From a virus (taxonomy: Duplodnaviria; Caudoviricetes), in the IMG/VR virus record IMGVR_UViG_3300035497_000279, positions 32,001 to 96,000 of that record: a stretch of 64,000 nt of DNA. One strand, given 5' to 3'. Position numbers and translations under genes: made by a program. The notes below the pieces were generated by a model. That model did not search any database. It had not been told where the DNA came from and was given only the letters and a program-made list of their open reading frames with translations. Of this stretch, positions 1 to 8,200 are shown in pieces (positions within the stretch are counted from its first letter, which is position 1; every line of letters begins with the position of its first letter).

Positions 1-8
1 CTTGTGTT

Positions 9-311
9 TTATTTTTTTATTGTTATGCATAACAAATCGCCATTTAGGAATATTTCGGGCGTATATGTTTTGCCATATATCATCAAAGAAGCCGAAGCGG
101 ATTGGAATCTTTTAATTAATCTATCTTTGTTCTCATCGTTTAATTTGATTGAGTACATGATAGACGCTTCGTTTATGGATATGTCGTTTAATGATACGAA
201 ATCCACTCCTTTGAGTAAATCATATACAAGCATGTGTTGTTCAAAATAGTCTTTAAATACGGCAGCAACAGTACTAGCCGGAATATCCTTTACAAATTCT
301 ATGGTATTCAT
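9..311 (-). CDS. hypothetical phage protein (100 aa)
   Basis: ORF with GGAGG RBS; ATG overlaps the upstream TGA (ATGA coupling). Confidence 0.75.
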   Translation of the reverse strand: MNTIEFVKDIPASTVAAVFKDYFEQHMLVYDLLKGVDFVSLNDISINEASIMYSIKLNDENKDRLIKRFQSASASLMIYGKTYTPEIFLNGDLLCITIKK

Positions 312-481
312 GTTAATGCCGCCTCCATTTCATCTTCAAGAACTTCAGCATTATGTTGTTCTTGACCTTCTTTATCTTTCTGTTGACGCTCAGCGATCAA
401 ATACAGTGAGTTTATATATGATAGAGGAAGATACATCATTTCAGTAAATGAGCTTCTCCCTCTATAATATGTGCAAAGCAT
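308..481 (-). CDS. small gp51-like baseplate hub/tail assembly chaperone segment (57 aa from ATG); probably the -1 frameshift extension of the upstream gene
   Basis: Not in ORF track. Translates MLCTYYRGRSSFTEMMYLPLSYINSLYLIAERQQKDKEG...EAALT*; no RBS; frame open back to the T-run at 528-534. Confidence 0.65.
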   Translation of the reverse strand: MLCTYYRGRSSFTEMMYLPLSYINSLYLIAERQQKDKEGQEQHNAEVLEDEMEAALT

Positions 482-492
482 TTCTATTTTAG

Positions 493-2172
493 TTATAAAC
501 TCTTGATTTGGGCCAACTGAGCTCGTGTAAAAAGCAAGTTAAGCATTGAATCAACAGCCTCCTCAGGAATTTCCTCTCCGCACTCAGGACATTCAGCTGC
601 TGGATAAATATAAGTAACCTTTGGATCTTCAATAAGGTTCTCAAGTTTACCAGTTAAAATATTATACTGATCTGTAGAAAGAGTCTTAAGGAGTTTTACA
701 TAAGTTTTAAGCTTAGAAATGACTGTCTTATTAATATTTCCAGGATATTCTTTAATAGCCATTCTTACAAGTTCCTTAGATTCTCTATCAATCTTAAAGA
801 ACTGATCTACATAAGCCATAGTGTTAAGAATATCAGAATACTTCTGAGTAATTTCTGGTTTTAATGTAGAGTACTGAACGAATGTACTATATAATGTAGC
901 AGGTAAGAAAGAGATAACGTAATCATCAGAGATCTGCATAAGTGTTCCTTCAATCTCTTTAGTTGGTGTAGTAGAATCCATAGAACGAATAGTGTCGAAT
1001 TCTGCTTTAACTTCATCACTTTCAAACTTAACCATCTTATATACATCAGTCTCAATCAATGATGTCTTATTACAAGTCTTACTATCATGCGTACGAGCCA
1101 TAAGATTTGAATCCCCATAGCAAGCTAAATATAAACCAAAATATAGAGACTCAATATCTTCTGTACGAATCATTTTAGTCCATGCTTCAAATGAAGGTTT
1201 GTCTGCATCAATGATATGATTATAGATAAATCTTAATGAAGCAATAACTCCATTGACACCATTACTATTTCTAATAGTTTTTCTAAGAGCATCTAACTCT
1301 GGACCATCGCATTCAAAGAATGTTACATTCCTCTTAGTGTAATATAGTGCCCAATCTGCTTTCTTTTTTGTGGCTTGAACGTTATTATCATCTAATAACC
1401 TAGATGCTGATACTGGCTTTTCTCTAATCTTATACTGAGAGAAATCAATAGGATCTTTAGAAGATACAATAGAACCCATACGCTCTTTGAACTTTGCTCT
1501 AAGTTCCTCAGGTGTTTCTTCCTCATCATCCTTAACATCATATGCTTCATCTGCTGCATTAAGATCATTTAATAAACCATCAAGATCATCATCCCCATTA
1601 TCATTAATAGATGCTGGAATCTTAGTAGTTTTCTCCACTACTTTTGGTTTATCATTATCAGACTGTTGTGCTTCTTGAGAAGCTTGCATATTCACTGGAG
1701 CTGGTTTAGAAACTTCTGGTTCTGGCTGCTCTTCTACTGAAGAATCTTCATCATCATCTAATAACTCATTATCGAGTTCATATTCAATCTCATCTAAACT
1801 CTTAGTATTATTTTCAATTGATTCTTCATTTTCTTCAGTATCTTTTTCAAATTGCTCTTGTTCTACAGCTTCTTTAACCTGTTCAACCATTCTATCAGCA
1901 TTAGCCTTTTTCTCAGCAATAGTTCTATCAAGAGAACTAAATGCGTCAGTTATAATTTCAGGATTAATTTTCTCTGAAGCCTGCTTTTTAGCTGCACTTT
2001 CTTCAGGATGCATAATTTCTAATTCCTTACCAAGTTCAGCCATACTTACTGGCTTCATGGTTTCTGGTGCATGAGGAGTATTTTTAACCTCACTTTTTTG
2101 GTTATTAGTTGTAGTCTTCTGCTGATGTGCTACAGATTTACTCAGAGCGTCCAATGATATTTCTTTACCCAT
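493..2172 (-). CDS. baseplate hub assembly protein / tail assembly chaperone (T4 gp26-like) with long acidic N-terminus
   Basis: D..SLYFGLYLACYG core, C-terminal CPECG zinc ribbon then LLF; next to gp25-like gene; AGGAGG RBS. Confidence 0.6.
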   Translation of the reverse strand: MGKEISLDALSKSVAHQQKTTTNNQKSEVKNTPHAPETMKPVSMAELGKELEIMHPEESAAKKQASEKINPEIITDAFSSLDRTIAEKKANADRMVEQVKEAVEQEQFEKDTEENEESIENNTKSLDEIEYELDNELLDDDEDSSVEEQPEPEVSKPAPVNMQASQEAQQSDNDKPKVVEKTTKIPASINDNGDDDLDGLLNDLNAADEAYDVKDDEEETPEELRAKFKERMGSIVSSKDPIDFSQYKIREKPVSASRLLDDNNVQATKKKADWALYYTKRNVTFFECDGPELDALRKTIRNSNGVNGVIASLRFIYNHIIDADKPSFEAWTKMIRTEDIESLYFGLYLACYGDSNLMARTHDSKTCNKTSLIETDVYKMVKFESDEVKAEFDTIRSMDSTTPTKEIEGTLMQISDDYVISFLPATLYSTFVQYSTLKPEITQKYSDILNTMAYVDQFFKIDRESKELVRMAIKEYPGNINKTVISKLKTYVKLLKTLSTDQYNILTGKLENLIEDPKVTYIYPAAECPECGEEIPEEAVDSMLNLLFTRAQLAQIKSL

Positions 2173-2187
2173 CTTTAATTCCTCCTA

Positions 2188-2577
2188 TTAAATTAATAAT
2201 TCATCTAACACATGGGTTACCCCAGCATCAAGATCATCAGTTTCTGTATTATAAGCCAATGTATAAGCTCCTTCAGAAGTATTGATTATAATTCCAATAG
2301 AATGATCCTTAAGCATACCCACCTTAATCTCAGTAGAGTATAACCATGGTAAATAAGTTTCTATTTGATTACTTATGTTATTTTGTAATTCTTGGATCAT
2401 ATTCTCTTCATTATTGAATCTATACTTACTCTTTATACCTACACCCATTTCTGGATGTGATTGGAACTTCCCAGGCTCTAATAATATGATATACATAATA
2501 TGTACGTATGCCGCATCTGCTTTATCAAATACTTTTGGCATACCAAAAACATTTTGAGATAATACATGAGCCTGCAT
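2188..2577 (-). CDS. baseplate wedge protein, gp25-like
   Basis: IILLEPGKFQSHPEMGVGI..YRF...ISNQIETYLP matches the gp25/GPW pattern. Confidence 0.7.
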   Translation of the reverse strand: MQAHVLSQNVFGMPKVFDKADAAYVHIMYIILLEPGKFQSHPEMGVGIKSKYRFNNEENMIQELQNNISNQIETYLPWLYSTEIKVGMLKDHSIGIIINTSEGAYTLAYNTETDDLDAGVTHVLDELLI

Positions 2578-2598
2578 ATTAAGTACCTCCTTTAGATA

Positions 2599-2611
2599 TT
2601 AATTTAAAGTT
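2599..2611 (-). promoter_or_regulatory. late-type phage promoter (AACT-N6-TAA)
   Basis: Variant of recurrent AC(A/T)-N6-TAA motif, upstream of the gp25-like RBS. Confidence 0.55.
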
Positions 2612-2651
2612 GCGGTAGTAAAAATTTACACAGCACAAAATACTATTAAAT

Positions 2652-2662
2652 TATATATTATA
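2652..2662 (+). promoter_or_regulatory. early-type phage promoter (TATATATTATA)
   Basis: Same motif precedes about 13 accessory genes. Confidence 0.6.
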
Positions 2663-2711
2663 ATAGTGATCATAATTTAAAATCAAAATAAAATTAAGGA
2701 GGAAATAAATT

Positions 2712-3269
2712 ATGGGAATGATATTTAATCCAAATATAAATGATAATAACGCTTCATTATCATTTATTGTAGAATTTACACAGGAATGAGCGTTATTAGA
2801 ACAATTTAACGTTAAAGAAACTATGGACGATAAAACTAAAAAGAAGATTAATCGTAATATTATGATCGATAATCAGATTAATCAGCATGGTCCAAGAATG
2901 AAGGTTTCAAAAGAAAATAGTAGGGTAACTACAGATCATAAAAGTACCATATCCATTTATGTCTCAAAAGAGAAGTATGACATCAATGGAAATCCAGATT
3001 TCGAATATGGTCATATTGGGAATTTAAAGAATATAAAACTAAGTAATAAAGAATATAAATATTTGTGCGATATGTACGGTAGGAATTACAATTTAATCAA
3101 GATGGTAAATTCTAATAATGCCAAACAATGCGAAAAAGCAATGATAAATGATGAGCATCTTTATCATAAAGGAACGAAATATAATAGAGATGAGAATGGA
3201 GTTTTAACAGTGTATGATAGCAAAGGTAATATACATCACAGAGAAAATTTGGAAGGAGATATAATATGA
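2712..3269 (+). pseudogene. NQHGPR-family protein with in-frame TGA at 2787-2789 (track ORF 2823-3269 is the distal part)
   Basis: Strong AAGGAGG RBS before ATG 2712, same frame as 2823; one internal TGA; paralog 3723 has an intact MIF-starting N-terminus. Confidence 0.55.
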
Positions 3270-3709
3270 TAGTATGTGACAGCCTTATATGCACTAGTGG
3301 TAATCATATGTATTCGCAAAATAGTCCTTATTTGTATATAGGAGATTCTCTTCTTGAAACTGATGAAGATGGATGGAAATATCCAAATAAAGAAGAATTA
3401 GAGTATAGAATACAACAAGCACGACTTCTTGATACGCGTTGTGCATTAATGAATGCTAGAAAAGCAATGCCTATATTTAGATTTATTCCTAAAAAGAAAA
3501 TAAGTATTTTTAGTTTAGTATGGTTTATTTCTGATGAAAAGAAAGATGCTATACTTGTATATTTTGTAGATATTAAAACTGGTAAGTATATTCAGTTATT
3601 TACATCATGTGCAAATTGGTATGCTTCAAAAAAGGATTATTTTGAAGATAAATGCCATAATGATTATGACGATATAGTAGAAGAAAAACTTGGTATTAAA
3701 TTAAATTAA
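3266..3709 (+). CDS. hypothetical protein, paralog family B
   Basis: Shares YP...ARK...RF..K pattern with 4307 and 4747. Confidence 0.8.
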   Translation: MIVCDSLICTSGNHMYSQNSPYLYIGDSLLETDEDGWKYPNKEELEYRIQQARLLDTRCALMNARKAMPIFRFIPKKKISIFSLVWFISDEKKDAILVYFVDIKTGKYIQLFTSCANWYASKKDYFEDKCHNDYDDIVEEKLGIKLN

Positions 3710-3722
3710 GGAGGTAGAAGTT

Positions 3723-4310
3723 ATGATATTTGATTATAATGAATTTCAAACAAAAATTTTAACGGAAGGAGAAATAGTTAATTTATTAACAGAAGATATG
3801 CAGCATGGCATAATTCTAAAAGCTACTTTAAATGAGAATCAGATTATATTAGAAAAATTGGAATCTGAGGATTTAGGGTTGCCTGTAAAGGGTGGTAAAT
3901 CTAGAATCATTATGATAGGAATGACAGGAAATCAGCATGGTCCTAGAATAAAGATATCTAAATATGGAAAAGGAATAAAGCGTAACGATAAGAAAAGCTA
4001 TGTTGGATTATATACAAAGGATGAGCCTACAGGTAATGATAAGTTTTATTTTGAGGGTGATCCTAAGAATGTAGATCTGCGTGGAGAAGAATTAAAGTCT
4101 TATGAAGATATATTCATACGGAATTATAATCTCATTAGATTAGCTCAGGATTCTAGTAATCTTGATGATTGCGAAACTGCGTTGCTTAATGATGAAAAGC
4201 TTTATCGTGATGGAGTTAAGTATGAAAGAGACAAATTTGGTACATTGATTGTTTATGATGATAAAGGTAATATATCTTATAGAAAAAATTTAAAGGATGA
4301 TAAAATATGA
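3723..4310 (+). CDS. hypothetical protein, NQHGPR family (paralog of 2712-3269)
   Basis: NQHGPRIKISK, RNYNLI, NDE.LY..G.KY.RD..G.L.VYD.KGNI shared with paralog. Confidence 0.85.
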   Translation: MIFDYNEFQTKILTEGEIVNLLTEDMQHGIILKATLNENQIILEKLESEDLGLPVKGGKSRIIMIGMTGNQHGPRIKISKYGKGIKRNDKKSYVGLYTKDEPTGNDKFYFEGDPKNVDLRGEELKSYEDIFIRNYNLIRLAQDSSNLDDCETALLNDEKLYRDGVKYERDKFGTLIVYDDKGNISYRKNLKDDKI

Positions 4311-4735
4311 AGGTATTTATACAAACTACTTGCTCATATAAGAGCCATGCTTATAATAGCGAAATTGACGTTCAAACAAAAGCAGATAATGAGGGTACTG
4401 TTATAACTATTGATAATAAAAAATACCCAACAGATAAAATGCTTAGATATTGCATGAAGCAAGCAGATATAACTGCTAAATACCATTTAGATGAAGCTAG
4501 AAAAGAAATGTTTTATCTTAGGTTTGTACGTAAGAATAAACTTAATTTGTTTTCACTAATTATATTTGTATTTGATGATGATGAAGAATGGTTAACAACA
4601 TACTTTTATGATCATAAGTCTAAGAAAACCATACAGATATTTATGTCACATAATGATTTTATGTCTTCAGATTTATCTGAAATTTATGGCAATATATCAG
4701 ATGCCGTTACTCAGTATGGAGTAACGGTAAATTAA
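4307..4735 (+). CDS. hypothetical protein, paralog family B
   Basis: KYPTD...EARKE...RFVRK; coupled to upstream gene. Confidence 0.8.
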   Translation: MKVFIQTTCSYKSHAYNSEIDVQTKADNEGTVITIDNKKYPTDKMLRYCMKQADITAKYHLDEARKEMFYLRFVRKNKLNLFSLIIFVFDDDEEWLTTYFYDHKSKKTIQIFMSHNDFMSSDLSEIYGNISDAVTQYGVTVN

Positions 4736-4746
4736 GGAGGTGTAAT

Positions 4747-5178
4747 ATGGTATATAAGATAGAATTATTTTGTGAAGGTAAGAATAGTCTATTTACTGCA
4801 ACTTATGACCCAATGCTATTACCAGATAGTATGATAGAAATAAGAGATGGTATGCAGTATCCTACAGATTTCGGATTTAGATATGCTACTAGAGATTATA
4901 TAAACAAAGGGGATGATATAATAAAAGCTGCCAGAAAAGAAAATTGGCGTATGAGATTTATACCAAAAGATAAACTTCATACTTATATGCTGCTATATTT
5001 ATTCTCTGAAGATAAAGGTGGAAAAGTATTAGTATATTACTATAATTTTACTACAAAGAAAACGCTTGAACTATATACTATAGATACTGACTGGTTTACA
5101 AGACCTTCAGAAGATGCTTGGCCATATCCGTGTTTAAGTTATATATTAGAATCTGTTTTTGGAATTAAATCCAAGTAA
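4747..5178 (+). CDS. hypothetical protein, paralog family B
   Basis: QYPTD...AARKE..MRFIPK; AAGGAGG RBS. Confidence 0.8.
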   Translation: MVYKIELFCEGKNSLFTATYDPMLLPDSMIEIRDGMQYPTDFGFRYATRDYINKGDDIIKAARKENWRMRFIPKDKLHTYMLLYLFSEDKGGKVLVYYYNFTTKKTLELYTIDTDWFTRPSEDAWPYPCLSYILESVFGIKSK

Positions 5179-5183
5179 TTAAT

Positions 5184-5209
5184 AGAGCGTGGTATAATAA
5201 CCACGCTCT
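5184..5209 (+). terminator. intrinsic terminator hairpin
   Basis: AGAGCGTGGT-N6-ACCACGCTCT. Confidence 0.7.
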
Positions 5210-5233
5210 TATACCACATTTATTTTTACCCAA

Positions 5234-5246
5234 GACATCAAAGTAA
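5234..5246 (+). promoter_or_regulatory. late-type promoter GACA-tcaaag-TAA
   Basis: Matches recurrent ACA-N6-TAA motif, upstream of RBS. Confidence 0.65.
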
Positions 5247-5274
5247 ATTATTTTTAGTAGGAGGTGTGTTATAT

Positions 5275-8200
5275 ATGTCTAGTAAAAGATATAAATGCCC
5301 ATATTGTAATGAGCGATTAGATAGAGCTAAACTTATAAAACACGTAGATAAATCGCATCAGGAATTAATTCCTGATACTTTTACCGCTACACAAGTAGTA
5401 TATAACTCGGTAAATAAAACTACTGGAGGAAAATGTAGAGTATGTGGTAGACTTACTAAGTGGGATGAATCTAAAGGTCGTTACGAAGTATTATGTAATG
5501 ATCCTAGATGTAAACAGAAGTTAAGAGATGATTATAAGAAGAATATGCTTAGAGTTAAAGGCACTTATAATATTCTTAATGATCCTGAACAACAGAAATT
5601 AATGCTTGCCAATAGATCTATATCTGGCGAGTATCAATTTCAGGATGGTGGTAAAGTTGGTTATACTGGAAGTTATGAGAAGAAGTGCTTAGAGTTTATG
5701 GATGTAGTCATGAATATTAAGTCTGACGATATCATGTCTCCAGGACCAACGATGGAATATGAATATAATGGTGAGAAACATGTCTATATTCCTGACTTTT
5801 ATTATATTCCGTATAACCTCATTATTGAGGTTAAAGATGGAGGAAGTAACAAGAACGCTAAAGACTCACCAAGTATGAAAGCTTCTAGAGAAAAGACTAT
5901 AGAGAAGGAAAGGTTAATTACAGATAAGGGAGTATATAACTACGTTAGATTAACCGATAATCAGTTTGCTCAATTAATTGAAATATTTATGGATATTAAA
6001 GAGAAATTGATTAATGGTGACCCATCTAAGACTGTTAGAGTAAATGAGAACACTGCTGATATATTAATGGAGAATGTATTTGAAGAGGCTGGGTTTATTG
6101 GTGGAAAAGAGCTTAAAGAATCAGTATTTATAGAATCAGAAAATCCTACAAGATATTTTGTATCTGATAAGGAATTATCAAATGCTCCAGTAGGAGGAAA
6201 TGAAAATCCAGTAAGTGCAATTTGTTTATATGCTAGTAGAAATATTGGTAATTCTTATTCAACTAAAGACGGTATAAATACTACAGTTAGGTCTAAATTT
6301 AAACAACAGGTGTATTTCTATAAATTCAATACAAATGATAGAAGTTTTGATTTGGAATACTCTGGAACTTTCGAAGATCTCTGTGATAAGAAAGGTATTA
6401 AGATTAAAGAAATCAATGATGCCAGAAAGAATAATCATATTAATGCTTATAAACAAGCTGTACAATTATGCAAACAAGAATTGCAGAAGAATAAAGCTAT
6501 AAATAAGCATGTTAAGTTCCCTAGTACTGGTGATAATTTAGATAGATTTTCTGCTGAGGTTGGCGATATAACAATTTTTTGTATAAATTCAAAAACATCA
6601 AATAATGATAATGATGAATTTAAAGAGAAAGTTATTAAGCCAGTAGCAAAAATGATGACTGAAGTAAATAAACAATTACCAGATGGTTATAGCATGGATA
6701 TTAAGCCATGCTATATCAAAGGTGAAGGTTATACGTATGCACTAAAGACTACAAATAATCTTAAAGAAGCTGCTGTTATAACTGAAGGAGTAATGTTTGC
6801 ATTTGCTGGAATTGTACTTGGAATAACTGTTTTAGCAGAATTAGAAAAAGCATTTAAGAAAGCTGTTAATACGTACTATGTTTATATGGTATCTGATAAA
6901 GAGCTTAAAGAAATTCCTAAGTATGGTTGTGATTCAAAAAGAGCAGCATTAGTACAATATGGATATTATAATCTTAATTTCCGTAAAGGAGATAAAAATA
7001 TTTTATATGAAGATAAGAGTACGGGAAATGTATCTAAGAAAGTTTATCTTTATAAATTTAAGAAAGACTCTCTTATTCTTGTAGACTATGGTCCATTTGA
7101 TATCTTATGTGCTTCAAATAAAATCGAAATAGAACCATTTGATAAATCTAATAGTACAAAGAATAAAGATACCGCAGATAAAGCAATAAAATATTTGTAT
7201 AATTATATTAATTCTAAATCTGATATTATTTGTGGTGAAATAAATTGGTGCAAAGTTCATAAAGATTATAGTTGGAATAATGCTAAAGATAGAGACACAA
7301 AATTATTTCATCTAGATCTTACCAATAAAAATTTAAAGCAAGTTAATGGAGATATCAGAAATATTCTTAAATCGTGTGTAAATTATACTAATAAGAAACT
7401 TCCTAAGGATTATAAACTAATATTGAAATATGGTACTGGAGACGTTGATTGTTTATTATTATATGCCGGTAAGAAAAGAACTGAAGAATCATTTAAAGAA
7501 TCTTTGCTTGAATCTAAAAATGAACCATTTTATTTCTATCATTTAGTACCAAAGGGCGCTAATGTATCTAATGGCATTACTAGCTTAGAATATCAATATA
7601 ATCATAATATAGATGATTTCTTAAATAATTCAAATAAATACAGAGCTAGATTATGTAATGGCTGGGGTATTTATCCAGGAATCAATCCAAATTCTTTATC
7701 TTATAGTGATATTCATGATGGCATAAATCAACACAGAAATTCAGTAGATGGATGTAATAAAATTTACTTATTCAGATATGCTCCATATAAAGAACTTGGT
7801 GCTCAAATGAAGAAGATTCTATCAGGAAAAGATATTTATAGAGTCGATGTAGATAGACTTTTAAAAGATGGAGTAATAACTTCTATTGATTATGGCTATG
7901 TAGATTCTAATACTGATAATGATAGATTAGATGAAGATTGGTATAGGAATATATCTTATGAGGATTATTTTAAGAATTATACAGAATCAGATCCTGATCG
8001 TCTATTATTTAGTTATATGAATCATATAAGTGTTACACCTAAGGATGGAGTTATTCCTAAGAAATATTTAACCAAAATCAATAACTATAATAAAATATCT
8101 GAAGGTGCAGGATTAATGATTCAAAATTATACATGCTATGAATGTAATTATACTGCTGATGAGACTGAAGTACAATTTGATCAACATCCAGATTATAATA

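Noticed and set aside
5275-6040. Tn7 transposase TnsA / mobile element
   Set aside because: No TnsB/C or transposon ends; this PD-(D/E)XK fold is better explained as a T4 gp4-like head completion nuclease under a late promoter
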